This document shows positions 38,916 to 52,288 of a stretch of DNA of 64,000 bases, piece by piece. The stretch spans positions 9,730,587-9,794,586 of the forward strand of contig CM120648.1 of NCBI GenBank assembly GCA_051362555.1. Direction: 5' to 3'. Source of the DNA: Lingula anatina (taxonomy: Eukaryota; Animalia; Brachiopoda). The position numbers and the translations under genes are program-made. Within the stretch, counting starts at the first letter, position 1. Each line of letters begins with the position of its first letter. The notes under the pieces are model-generated. The model ran no database searches. It had not been told where the DNA came from and saw only the letters and a list, made by a program, of their open reading frames with translations.

Positions 38916-39833
38916 AAACTGACGTGCAACAGCAAGCACCAGAGACTGATCTAAAAAGGTACAAGTGGACTTTGATTAAGCTTAGATCTGTTACACAACA
39001 CCTGTTGTGAATTACTCAGAGATTTTCTTCCGCTTCCGTAATTTTTTGAAAATTGTTCGTCATTGCTACAGCCAGCTTTATCAAAGTTTTTTTTGTTGGG
39101 GGGAGGGGATTATTACATTTTTGAAGCTTTATCTTTCAAAATGTTCCATAATTGAGCATGTGAGCACTGCATGTGTCTATTAATAACAAACATGTTGCGT
39201 AAAATTGATCTTTGCGAACGAATTATTAATTCCAGAGTGTTAACTATTGAAGCACATTTATATGTTGTAGCATAACTTTAGAATTAGACATTTTAGGCAT
39301 TTTCTTAGTACTGATGCCGAGAATTAGCCAAAAGCAAGACAATTTAAACGGATATTATATTATATTATATTATTTAATGGTGCTCATTTACCCTATCAAT
39401 ACATCTATCAAATACAATCGATGTTCACATATAGCTATCCTTGTATTTCACCAATAATGATATTGTTAGCCTGTAGTAACTTTACTTCGTTCCAGTGTTA
39501 TGAATAAAGAAAACATTATTTATCCTTTCTCTGTTGATATTTTAATGTTTTAATATAATTTTTATAATAATTTTAAAATTAAAATTTGGATTTTATTTCT
39601 ATTTCAACTTAAACATGAATAAAAAGCTATTTAACCAGCACAAAACTTTGAGAATATAATGAAAAGAAATGCGCTGAGAACGTTCAAAAAACGAAGAAGC
39701 ACAGGTATGTTTAAAAAAAAAGAAAAGAAAGCATTCATGAAAATATTTTTAAAAAATACGTTATTTTACAAATTTCAGTTATTATCACATTTAATAGACC
39801 CTATAATAAATTATACTGATTTGTTAAGAAATA

Positions 39834-40005
39834 TCAGAACTGATTGTCAATCCTGTCCAAAACCCGACCCAATTTGACGAGGTCAACAATCACGTTACCA
39901 TTCCGTGTTTCCGCTTTATTATAAATTCTCCAATACGACTGATTCAACATATTGCACATGGACCAAAAGATCGTGTGAGCGATTCCCTGGGGCAGATGGT
40001 TACCC
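39834..40005 (-). pseudogene. GT61 3' remnant (last 56 codons plus TGA), unit 3
   Basis: Translates GNHLPQGIAHTIFWSMCNMLNQSYWRIYNKAETRNGNVIVDLVKLGRVLDRIDNQF* and is fused directly to sequence homologous to the GT61-2 intron at ~22344. Confidence 0.9.
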
Positions 40006-40971
40006 GTGCCTACTTTTGAAAAAAAAAAAAAAATGCGCAGAGCATTATGTTCAATGCATTATTTCACTTTCAGTTTTTTTAGTTCGTATTATGAATGTTT
40101 GTAGGCGATATGCGTAGGCTAGTAGAAGAGGGAAGGGTTCGGTTATAAGAACCACAGTTTTGGCCGAAAAAAAGTCCCCCCTGAATCAAAAGCTGTGTCA
40201 ACGATGTAGATAAAAAGATCCACATTTTTTTCAAAAAAGTCCCCCCTCCCTTGGAATTGGTGACTTCAAGCCTTAATTGAGTTCTTACAAAAATAATAAT
40301 TGATAAAAGTAAAATAAATAAATAAATAAGCATTTAAATGTGACAGGCCCGTAGCCAGAAATTTTAAAAGGGGGTTCTTTTTCTGAAAAGGTGGACTTTT
40401 TACTATGAAACCTTCATGTACCCATATAAAATGTTACCCAGACGGGACCTTTTCCCGTCAAAAAAGGGGTTCTTTCGAATATCCCCCCTCTCCGGTTACG
40501 GGTCTGTAGGATAACCTACAGTCATCAGTTTCTCAGTCAAACGTTGCGCGCGGTCACTTTACAGACGACCTGACGACCTGGTTTTGTTTAAAATCAAATC
40601 GTCCACTTAATTACTTAACATACTGATTTTAATCTACATTCGTTAAAACAATTTCAATGAATGTTAATGATGTAATAGAATAAGTTTGTCCCTTTTGTTT
40701 CAAATGTGTTTGCCATTTCGCTCCAAGCCAAACATATTCGGTCTTGCCACCATCAGAATGCATTTATCATATTCACCGAATACTTTTGTCTGCATCTAAT
40801 ATAATTTTTTGAAACTTTAATTAGAGTATTAAATTGTTCATAATTCTTTGGAAATAATGCCAACTAACCAACTTATGCGGACGCCATTTTGTGACAGGTA
40901 TGCTCTATGGAATAGTTAACAAATGATCAGGTTTTACTTAAATTAATATTCACTTTAAAGGGTGTACATAC

Positions 40972-41200
40972 CTGTTCTTTACCAAGGACACTATCCCAAG
41001 TCGACTAATCAACTAGTTCCACTTTCTTAGTTCCTTAAAAAACGGTTCTAAACTGCCTCAGTTACCACAGTAAGCCTAAGCCCCCTAGAAGTCAGCAGCC
41101 ATACCACCAGGTCAAAGGGATAAAAACCGTTCGTTTTGGGGTTAAAAACTTGGGGGAAATGACGATTTTTCATATTAACCAATGGTTAATGAATCCATTC
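40972..41200 (-). promoter_or_regulatory. Orphan GT61 first-exon/promoter block, unit 3
   Basis: Paralogous to the 13379 and 23287 blocks, with the donor intact. Confidence 0.5.
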
Positions 41201-42262
41201 TGACATTCAAAGTTAATTCATGTTTTTTTTCTCAAAATTTTATTTGTTATAATAAATTCTTAAGAGATTATTACGAAGGTAAAGCCATCTATGAAAACCC
41301 ATGTGGTCTGATGGTAAGCACAGATTGCGATAACTATTGTTTTGTTGGTAAAATGGAGTTCGTTATAAATATCTGTGAGTTTTAAAAATATTTTTATTGT
41401 GAATGTGAAAATTATTGGAACAGTTGTTATCTCTTTAACTTTGGTGATATGCTTATTCAAGTTAGGCATGCTCTTATGTAATTTATGTGATTAATTCAAA
41501 TTAAAAACGATTATGTGCTTGTGGTTCTTTTCATCTTTTTCAAGCCGGCTGCGATTTTCTCTTCATACTAAGCAAAAGAAATGGCCTGGATTTTTCCATT
41601 CCCGGATATACTTTCCTACTCATTACATTAAATATTTTCCAATTGGGTAATTTGTTTTTGAATTTTACATCAATGACTACAGAAATCATTAGTGGTGTAA
41701 TTTAACATTCTACTTTCATTCCCAAGCTGATTTTTAGAACTCTATCTGCAAATCTACACAGTGATTACAGGTGTTCTGATTTTAATTCTGCAGTTACGGA
41801 TGTTTTTCGCTGAATCTGGTGTTGAGTGCGGTTACGAAGACGAACTGCTACGCGCAGAATTTCAAATGCATTCTGTATTTACATCACATAACATTAAAGA
41901 ATGATAATCAATCCATCCAACCATTGGTATTTGTCACGTAGACGTCTCTGGGTTCGTTCACAATTAATCTGTCGTACCAGCTTGTGCGCACCAAGTCCAC
42001 AGGGAGTCTCGCTGAATGCAATCAGACTAATAGATGAACACACTTTCTCCTGACGTTGAGTGGAATACGAAAAGGATGGTGATTATATGTCTTAAATTTC
42101 GGCCTGACATGCTGACGGTAAGGTACCGTAAGTAATGGCTAAAACCTCCCCACAACCCTAGGTCTAGGCCATGCTTTAGGTCTAGCATGTAAAAAAAGTG
42201 CATTTTATTCTGATTCCTTATTACTATATCCAAATATTTTTTGACTTGCGCTACTTACACTA

Positions 42263-42680
42263 CACACACTGGACAATAAAAGTGTCACCCTCTAAATCAG
42301 AGTAATCAAAGTAGGCATGCAGATCTTGGGTAGTTATAATGCCTGGTCTACTTATAATGTGACTAATGAGTATAAAACCGCTGTACCATGGAATTGTATT
42401 GTTGGTCTTGTACATGTACAGCAAATGTTATTCCTGTCTTCTTCCTAAATGGGAAGATACAGGCAATTATCTAACGATTATAGACGTCAAGTTATTAGTC
42501 TGAAGAGGCGGAATATAAGCAATGCCAGAATATCGATACAGTTGAATTGTTCAATCAGAACCGTTTCTTTGTGAAATTTCATGTTAATAAAATGATGCCA
42601 GGAGCATATCATTCCACAGTCATTTATCTCCCCCAAAGTATTGGTTCAGTAGGGGTGACACTTCTATTGTCCAGTGTGTG
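42263..42680 (+). mobile_element. 418-bp internally deleted Tc1/mariner element with TA TSD
   Basis: TA-cacacactggacaataaaagtgtcaccc...gggtgacacttctattgtccagtgtgtg-TA. 42449-42574 encodes MGRYRQLSNDYRRQVISLKRRNISNARISIQLNCSIRTVS, a Tc1-type N-terminal HTH. Absent at paralogous sites (~24295, ~57270). Confidence 0.85.
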
Positions 42681-43230
42681 TACATGTACTTACGTATTTG
42701 TCTGGTCTTGAATGTTCGTAAAATGTGCTAGAGCTTATAAAGATTATCATTCCTATTATCATAAACGATACCTGCTGTGCTTGGCACACAGCACCCAGGT
42801 CTTAAAGCAGGGATAAAGTTCCTGGTCGGACAGAGAAAAATATTTTCGTTTGCTAGCTTTCAGCACTCCATACGGCATGCTGGGCTATAACCTCCCCAGG
42901 GAAGTGGTAGCGTCAACACCCAGATTATGGGATCAGGGCCAAAAAATGACCAGGCGTCCGTAAACTGCGCTGACAGGCTGAGACGCATCAGTAATGCGGT
43001 ATATAAGAAGTGAATTTTTTGTTTATTTATGATATTGTATTAATGATATGTATTGGCCTGATTTAATCAATTTCATATCTCCCCAAAACGTGCCATACTG
43101 TCTAACATAACAAGTCGAAGTTGTTTGTCTCACATGAGAAAGGGGCACTGGCGTAGGATATTTTATAGCAATATAATACGGGCATTTGATCAATGAACAG
43201 GATGAAATTGACAAGCTTCCCTGTCTGTGT

Positions 43231-43261
<31 letters not shown>

Positions 43262-45909
43262 GGAACGAAAAGTGAGCTTCTACATGTAAGAGGTAAGCAA
43301 CCAGTTTTTGCTGGACGCTTTAAATTGAGAATCTTTAAGCCAAGCATTCCCTTCAAAGTGCGGAAATCTGGACACAAATGAGATTCTAAATACATTTGAA
43401 ATAGCTGCCAGTGGATCCAAGATTATTCTTCTGTTTCATGTCTATGATATACTGTATTACATGTAATACCCTGGCAAGTAATTACTGAATCACAATTTCT
43501 ACATATGTAGACCCTGTAATAGAGTAATGAAAGATGTCTCTTCCGACGGATTATCCTTCAGATTTGGTTGAAGACATATATTTGCGACATAAACGGGATC
43601 ACTATAATGCGGGGATTCAGCAAAACACTGTTATACAGAGTGAAATTCATTACGAAATAAAATTCTGACTTAAATATGTGTTAAATGGGTATATTCACAT
43701 TACATAATTTTTAACTTAACAGGAGATGGGACCATTATTATTGAATGAACTTGATCCTTTTACAGCTGAAAGCTACATTTCAGGACAGAAAGCAAGCACA
43801 AAAAAAAACAAAAAAAAACAAAACAAAAAAAACATTAAAATTTCAATATTTTGGGGTAATATGAAAAGGTTATCACTCTTAGTTATATTAGTTATACTAT
43901 TTAAAACCCTATGTTGGCATTTGGTTGGCTTTTGTGTAAAAATTGACTTCATATGCATCTTTCAAATAAGAAGTTTTTGACATATTGTATTGCTATGAAA
44001 TCAAAAATCAGATAATACTTTGGCAAGTAATTACTAAAATTACTTCAATTATTGTTACCAGATACAAATGAGTGATGGAAAACTTTGGTTCTAATGGCTA
44101 TAAGAAGATTGTCCCTTAGATTTGTTTCAAGACACAGATGAAAGCTGTTATAAAATACGGCTTAAAATGTGTGCTAATTGAGTACGCCTACCATGAATAA
44201 CGAATAACATCTTGATGACTGTAACTACATACAAATAATCTTCCAGACAACGTAAGCACTGCGTCATAACTAAAAAAATTACCAAAAGCCGGTTTTCGCC
44301 AGTTTTACAAAAAAAAAAAAAAAATAAATAAAAAAAATAAAAATAAATAAATAAATAAATAAATAAAATAAAAAATAAAATAAAATAAATAAATAAATAA
44401 ATAAATAAAAAAATCAAACAGAAGCTGAAAATCTTTCATACCGTTAGCTTACGACCAATCTGGACGTAGGCCTTCATTGGACTGATGTGAGACGATGTTG
44501 ACACGAGGTGTAGCGACCAGGACCCTCTTATAAATGTCAGGTAGGTAGACGCTCCCGTTATGTTTGATAATTTTCATTTATTATCCAACTACCAATGAAC
44601 ATTTTACCAATGAACATTTTTGCTAAAAAAAATATCACTTGTGAGTAACTGATTATAGTTTGATAGCAATCGTGAGCTCTTCCCAAATTTGAAAAGAACT
44701 GAATGAACGATTAAAAGTGCAACTGGCCACTTGGTTTGCTCAGAGATCCCGTCTCTCAGATTTTTGAGCCACATCTCTCATCTCTCATATGCAGTTCTCA
44801 ATGATGGTAACTGCTGTGTGAGATCATTGGCCTCGCGTTTGTCAGCACGAACGCCGAATTACTTAAAAACCACAATTTCATGGCATGAACTTAAAATAAG
44901 TGACCACGAACAACGCATCAAATTTTTTGCACGAACTATATCAAGCACGCAGTGGATTACCAAGTGCACATAACAAGTTTGTTATTTTTCGCAAATGTGT
45001 CAACATAAATCTCGTAACTATGTGTATTTGTTGGGATTAATAGCTCATTTATTTATTTGATTAAAAACACGACAACGAGAAAGCATAAATTTTTTTTATC
45101 TGAAATATAAAATAATCTCTGAATTCCTCACAGGGTTATCCCTTGTTCTTTTCTTGGCAACACCAAAAGCTTTCAAGAGTGTTGCCTGCACCTGGTACTA
45201 AAATTAACTCATATTGTATTACCGCAGGAATGATAACAAATGGAGGATATAAGAGCATATAAGCATCTTCAGACATAACACCTTGTTTAAAGTTACCTTC
45301 TATACACCCTCTGCAGCCTTATTACTTTATAAAACCTGTCAAGTTCACAGTTCCATCTGAATTGGGCATAACCATTTAAAATTCGTCTGGAAATAAACCG
45401 TTTTTATCTGTCGCGCATTTTTAAAAATTATTATTATTATTATCATTATAATTATTTTACAAAATAAGGTAAAATTATTTCGCTGAATTAATTGGTTTTA
45501 TTGAGATTCCGAGAGCATGGAATTAAATATCGACATTCATGCCATTGTATAACATAGTCGGTTGGTGTTTAGCTCAGCATTGGTTAAGCAACTGGAAGAA
45601 AAGATTCGTGTCCCAATTACGGGTAACAGGATCGCCCATCCTATGGTTAATCAGTACCGTAGGGGCCGCCATTAAATTAATTAACATTTCCGACCGCTTT
45701 TCCGAAATGGAAAACTCGAAATAAGAAACCGATTATACATCTACTGTCATTCTGTCAAATGATGTCTCGAAATGCATCGAACTCATTGGCTAAGATGGAT
45801 GCAACGCTGCTGGTGGGTTGTGACATAATTTCTACCAAGGGATCGTGAGCGGAATATATAATTCAACGAACGATGCTCTGTGTCACATATTTCTTTATTC
45901 GGAAACACG

Positions 45910-48900
45910 ATGATCATCCGCATTACTTTATGCATACTGGCCTTTGTACACCCGACGGCTGTCATGCTCTTTATGATTCTAGAAAATGGTCACACCGCTG
46001 GATCCACACAAGAGTCACCCAATCTACAAATTTGGCCGCTTGAGGGATCCACTAGGGAAACACCCTTTTCTGGAACTGGAGTGCCAGAAGAGACAACGAT
46101 GACTACCCCGAATGAGGGTGAAATGCACGAGGGAATCACGCAGGAACAAGCCACTACTGAGGGTGAAATACACGAGGGAATCACGCAAGAAACGGTTACT
46201 ACTGAGGGTGGAATACACGAGGGAATCACGCAAGAAACGGTCACTACTGAGGGTAGAATGCACGAGGGAATCACCCAGGAATCAGCCACTACTGAGGGTG
46301 GAATACAGGAGGGAATCACACAAGAAACGGTCACTACTGAGGGTAGAATGCACGAGAGAATCACGCAGGAATCGGCCACTACCGAGGGTGGAATGCATGA
46401 GGGAATCACGCAGGAATCGGCCACTACTGAGGGTGAAATGCATGAGGGAATCACGCAGGAACCGACCACTACTGAGGGTGAAATGCACGAGGGAATCACC
46501 CAGGAATCAGCCACTACTGAGGGTGAAATGCACGAGGGAATCACCCAGGAATCGACCACTACTAAAGGTGAAATGCACGAGGGAATCACGCAGGAATCAG
46601 CCACTACCGAGGGTGGAGTGGACGAGGGCATCACGCAGACACCGACCACTACTGATGGTGAAATGCACGAGGGCAGCACGCAGGAATCGGCCACTACTGA
46701 GGGTAGAATGCACGAGGGAATCACCCAGGAATCAGCCACTACTGAGGGTGGAATACAGGAGGGAATCACACAAGAAACGGTCACTACTGAGGGTAGAATG
46801 CACGAGAGAATCACGCAGGAATCGGCCACTACCGAGGGTGGAATGCACGAGGGAATAACGCGAGAACCGGCCACTACCGAGGGTGGAATGCACGAGGACA
46901 TCACGCAGGCACCAGCCACTACTGAGGGTGAAATACACGAGGGAATCACGCAAGAAACGGTCGCTACTGAGGGTGAAATACACGAGGGAATCACGCAAGA
47001 AACGGTCGCTACTGAGGGTGGAATACACGAGGGAATCACACAAGAAACGGTCACTACTGAGGGTAGAATGCACGAGGGCATTATGCTGGAATCGACCACT
47101 ACTGATGGTGAAATGCACGAGGGCAGCAAGCAGGAATCGGCCACTACTGAGGGTAGAATGCATGAGGGAATAACGCAAGAACCGGCCACTACCGAGGGTG
47201 GAATGCACGAGGGCATCACGCAGGAATCGGCCACTACTGAGGGTGAAATGCATGAGGGCATCACGCAGGAACCGGCCACTACTGAGGGTGAAATGCACGA
47301 GGGAATCACCCAGGAATCGGCCACTACTGAGGGTGAAATGCACGAGGGAATCACGCAGGAATCAGCCACTACCGAGGGTGGAGTGGACGAGGGCATCACG
47401 CAGACACCGACCACTACTGATGGTGAAATGCACGAGGGCAGCAAGCAGGAATCGGCCACTACTGAGGGTAGAATGCATGAGGGAATAACGCAAGAACCGG
47501 CCACTACCGAGGGTGGAATGCACGAGGGCATCACGCAGGCACCGGCCACTACTGAGGGTGAAATGCACGAGGGAATCACGCAGGAACAAGCCACTACTGA
47601 GGGTGAAATACACGAGGGAATCACGCAAGAAACGATCACTACTGAGGGTGGAATACACGAGGGAATCACGCAAGAAACGGTCACTACTGAGGGTAGAATG
47701 TACGAGGGAATCACCCAGGAATCAGCCACTACTGAGGGTGGAATACAGGAGGGAATCACGCAGGAACCGGCCACTACTGAGAGTGGAATGCATGAGGGAA
47801 TCACGCAGGAATCGGCCACTAATGAGGGTGAAATGCATGAGGAAATCACGCAGGAACCGGCCACTACTGAGGGTGAAATGCACGAGGGAATCACCCAGGA
47901 ATCAGCCACTACTGAGGGTGAAATGCACGAGGGAATCACCCAGGAATCGGCCACTACTGAGGGTGGAGTGGACGAGGGCATCACGCAGACACCGACAATT
48001 ACTGATGGTGAAATGCACGAAGGCAGCACGCAGGAATCGACCACCACTGAGGGAGGCATACACGAGGGAATCACGCAGGAGCCGCTCAACCAAGAGGATA
48101 ACCTACTTGAAAGATCGAACAACAGCACTGAATCCTCAGAATCAGCGAAGGGGTCCTTTTCTTTCTCTGACGAGAGTCTGCCTCCGAATAGATGGCTATG
48201 TGTAATTCGGGGAAAACGTGAAAGCAGCATGAAGGTCTACTGCAACTGCGACCCTCTGTGCGTCTTGTATGGCGACTGCTGTTATGGACTGACTGAAAAT
48301 ACGACGGTGTGCGCCGCCTCTGTCAGATTGACAAAGGCGAAAAATACCTTGCAACCTGCAGCAACTCCTGCATGGAATCCAACAGCAACTCCCAGTAGTA
48401 ACACCACTACTACTGCATCTTCTAACAAAACATCCTCTTGGACAAGACAGAAAAAACACGTCGATCCTGCGGCTATTTTCCTGGCACATAAAAGCTCTTG
48501 TAGAAGAAGCCCAACATTACATCAACGAAAAAGACAATCCAGCTTACCCTATATGGATACTTTTGGACTGAGTTTTTGGATGGTTGACGAATGCCCGTCA
48601 TCTTGGCAAGAAGAGGAAAGTCGTATCAAATGTACTGATACATCAAATGCCAGTCTCTCAGAGGACGCCCTGTTGCACCGGCCTGTCACCGACCCAGATA
48701 CAATGATCACCTTCAGAAACAAGTACTGTGCAGCGTGTAATGGTGTCGATAACGGCTGGGACCCGTGGGAACTTCTCGTCTACTGCACGGGGGAAGACGC
48801 TGGGCATTTTGTCAATTGCAGGTCCTCATCTTGTGTTTTAAGAAAACTGGAAGCTGCCGGTTGCAGTGGTATGTTTGAGCCAAAACAGGAGTGGAATTTG

Positions 48901-49123
48901 AAGACTTGCTTCCGGGATGTGGAAAACCAAACGTTTGGTCCTTGTCGATTCAGATATATCAATGGAAGCGAATATCTTGTGCCTCGTCCACTCCCTCTAC
49001 ACTCAGCCTTACGAGACGCCTGTATGGCGTACAACAACCCTGTTGTCATTGGCGGTTGGGATCAAAGTTACAAGAACCTTCACTGTGTGCTTTGTTATAA
49101 AGGTGGAGTTAAAGTCTGCGAAG
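45910..49123 (+). CDS. Repeat/SMB/Cys-rich surface protein B, exon 1
   Basis: Paralog of A with an expanded repeat; donor g|gtaaga. Confidence 0.9.
46114..48084 (+). repeat. 45-bp coding tandem repeat, 43 full units plus a partial
   Basis: (48049-46114)/45 = 43, with no frameshifting indels. Confidence 0.95.
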
Positions 49124-49734
49124 GTAAGAAGTGCGTTTTGTTGTTCATTTTTTTAAAATTTATCTCTTAAATAGTATAGGTGATTCATTTCCATTCTCCT
49201 GCAGTAGGAAGCAAAACTGGATAGGGATAATTTTTTCCAGAAGTATACTTACTGCTGAGCATCACTTAAAGATCTACATAGAGCTACCTAGGTTTCATTG
49301 GGAATGAGCTTTAAGACCATAAAGATGCTATTCCATTTTTGCTAGTGTAAAATATATAATGTTTATATCCCAAATGTACCAAAGTAATTACTTTAGGGCC
49401 CGCTAACCTCATATGCCTTGCAAATTATGCCATGACTTGAAGATTTAGACTGGAACTTTTTTCCTTTCAATGTGATGAGTTAGCCATGCAATTGGAGTAC
49501 TTAAATTGACGCCTACTCTCTTATGACCTTGACCGTTACTACCATAGGAAAGCTAGATAATCGCGAGTCAATACTGCTAAGCAACCCAATAACTCGCTTC
49601 AAAAATGTCAAGGTCAATATAGGCCTTCTTATTGTCTACAAGGTATAAACTGTTCTTAGAGGACAGAGTTATGCTTTTTAGTGACGACTTATGAAAGATC
49701 GGCACGTTTAGTTTGGTTAGCGGTCATCAATGTT

Positions 49735-51275
49735 AATTGTACCACAGCGTGTGCGCTGGCGGTACCCATGGTTTTAGTCCCGCCCGGTATCGTTCGCCGG
49801 CTCCGCCACTACGTCACCGTTACCGCTTCTCCCCCTAAACTACAAGAGCCCCAGTATCCAACCCTTGTGTAGGTCACATATGATCTCAACTCGATTCATG
49901 TTAATTTTGGGGGTAACGAGGTACACTGTATCAAAAAGTTTAGGTGTGGCGCTCATCGTACTGCACCCTTGTCCAAAATTGGCAAAATTAAATGCTAAAT
50001 ATCTACCAAACCGAAGGTATTATGCGAAAAATTTCTAAAAGTGGCTGACCGAAAGTCATGTGTGGAGATTTCAAATATGCCCTTGGATTTGACATTTGAC
50101 CTTTATTTCAAGGTGAAACGAGCAGGTGTTGCAATTAGGGTCCTCTTTCATCTCCTTGGGTTTGGGGTCAATCGGTGCATTTTCACGAGAGCAGTGGCCA
50201 TTAGATGCCGAAACTGAAAACTCTCTTTCTTTTTTGGTTTTCCATACTTTTTCGAGGTACACTGTATCAAAAATTACATTGTGGTGGTAAAAATAAAATG
50301 TGCAACACGGTAATATGCATAAAATTTCGAACGTCTGGAAAAGATAAAAATGACAAAAAATGGAATTTCTGAGCACCTCCCATTTCATGAATATCAACCA
50401 AAATGACATTTTCTTCATTTCAATTAAGTTCTTCTGTACGAAATTTATTACTGTAAAATTGCAACATTTTAGTCCCTGATATCTCCAAAACTGGCAGAGG
50501 TAGGCCCAGAGTTACTATTGAACTTGAATTGGAAATCATATACCGGCAATCTAACTGTGACCTTCAAATTGACCTTAGACCTACTTTTCACCATGATCTA
50601 AACTTTGGAACATTTTAGTCCCTTATATCTCCAAAACTGGCAGAGATAGGGCCATAGTAACTATAAAATGTGAATAGGAAGTTATATACTGACCGTGTGA
50701 CTGTGACCTTGAAATTGACCTTTGGCCTACTTTTCACCATGAACTGAACTTTGCAAATTTTCTGTTCCTTATATTTCCAAAACTGGCACAGAGAGGGGAG
50801 ACCGGGGCTAGTTGGACCCCGGGGTAAGTTGGCCCCCATCAAGTCTCTTTAATAAAGTTACTTTAAGATGTTAAATTATTTCATTTGGACTCACTGCCGT
50901 CGCTTTGTTAGCACTATTGGACACGGTCACTTTACAAAATGATGTGATCAATTCAATTTTTTTACCCTATTGCTACTTCGTCATAGATTGATGGGGGTCC
51001 AACTTACCCCGGGGTCCAACTAGCCCCGGTCTCCCCTATGCCCATAGATACTACTGAACTTGAATAGAAACTCATATATTGACAGTCTTCCTGTGACTTT
51101 GAATTTGACCTTTGACCTACTTTTCGCCATGAACTGCACTTCACAAACTTGGATTTGATATTTTACTTTTCCCCATGATTTTGTTATAAATTGTAATTTT
51201 CAACAAAGAAATGAGAACTCTTAAAACTGCATTTTGTAGAGCTTGTCAAGCACAACACTGGAGCAACTTGTTGCT
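49735..51275. mobile_element. Repeat-derived ~1.5-kb segment in intron 1 of gene B (tgacctt-rich, internal tandem subrepeats)
   Basis: Not alignable with intron 1 of gene A. Repeated blocks ccaaaactggca...tgtgacc...ttgacct...cctactttt at ~50480, ~50630 and ~50780. Confidence 0.55.
50794..51037. mobile_element. ~244-bp MITE with ~50-bp TIRs nested in the intronic repeat
   Basis: aggggagaccggggctagttggaccccggggtaagttgg... is mirrored by ...ccaacttaccccggggtccaactagccccggtctcccct. Confidence 0.85.
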
Positions 51276-51333
51276 TATACAATGTTCGCCAATTAAAAAA
51301 AAAACACTGTACTTAATTTACTGTTATATTCAG

Positions 51334-51440
51334 ATCAAAGCTCCGCAGCGCCGCATTTGAAATTCGGTGGCTTCACTTTCCGCTCTCTGTTGCACGTTGG
51401 AGATCCAGACAGGAAACAAATGAACGACCTTAAGGATTTG
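51334..51440 (+). CDS. Protein B exon 2
   Basis: tcag|at...ttg|gtgaga; encodes DQSSAAPHLKFGGFTFRSLLHVGDPDRKQMNDLKDL. Confidence 0.85.
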
Positions 51441-51718
51441 GTGAGAAAGCCATTTTCGATAAAAAATAACGATGATAATTATAAAAATTGCAAGTAAACA
51501 AACATATTAGGGACTATTACTTTACTTATTCTTTCCCGAGTTTATGTTAACATTTAATATCATTACTATAAGCAGTTTTGTGTTGGTTTTATGGTCATCA
51601 ATTGTCATTATCGTAAATACATGTACGTTAGCTCAACTGTTAAGTTGCTACGTAACACATTTGTTATTGAATAGTATACATGTACCACGCATCCACACAC
51701 GTTCTCTTTTTTTTCCAG

Positions 51719-52288
51719 GCTGTAGATCAGGAGCTTTGTCCCTTTGGGTATATTCCAGATGACCAGGGCTGCCGCCCTATTCTGTACAATTTCACGGTAT
51801 TAGAGTCAACGGTTTACTTGCATTTTGAACCCTGTGGCTGGATTCCAACACCGGGGGATGGTTGTACGAATATAATCCGTGATGGTCGAATGAGAGAGGT
51901 ATTGCGAGCTGTGGATGCGCGTACTGTTTCCTGTAGTCCGAAACACAGCGGGGAGAACACATCCGTCACTTTCCTCGTTCAAACATGGCTCGTCCTTCAC
52001 GCGAGACTTGCAAACTACGAGGAGGGTCGTAACGTTTTCGACCAAGTACAAACATGGATGGAAAACGCTCTGCGAAATGTGCAGTTTGATATGCCCGGTG
52101 GACCTGTGGGGATACGTACAGCGTCGTTCTCTGCCTGCTCGGCGAACGCCACGAAAGACGGCTCCGTGACGCCATTTTATGGTGCGACCACGACCTCAAC
52201 CCCAAAGCACAACCGAGGAAACATTCAAGCAGGTACCAAAAGACTTTTGATGCTAATGGCGATGGTGACAGCGGTGTGGGCGTTCTAG
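51719..52288 (+). CDS. Protein B exon 3 with GPI-signal-like tail; spliced product ~1296 aa
   Basis: ccag|gct gta gat; same C-terminus as A. AATAAA at 52350. Confidence 0.85.
   Translation, partial: AVDQELCPFGYIPDDQGCRPILYNFTVLESTVYLHFEPCGWIPTPGDGCTNIIRDGRMREVLRAVDARTVSCSPKHSGENTSVTFLVQTWLVLHARLANYEEGRNVFDQVQTWMENALRNVQFDMPGGPVGIRTASFSACSANATKDGSVTPFYGATTTSTPKHNRGNIQAGTKRLLMLMAMVTAVWAF

Noticed and set aside
45990-48230. 746-aa antisense ORF and the other-frame ORFs over the repeats (also 33991-34720, 62317-62806)
   Set aside because: These arise from a 45-bp unit that lacks stops in several frames. They are largely confined to the repeat, and the sense frame has the signal peptide and domains.
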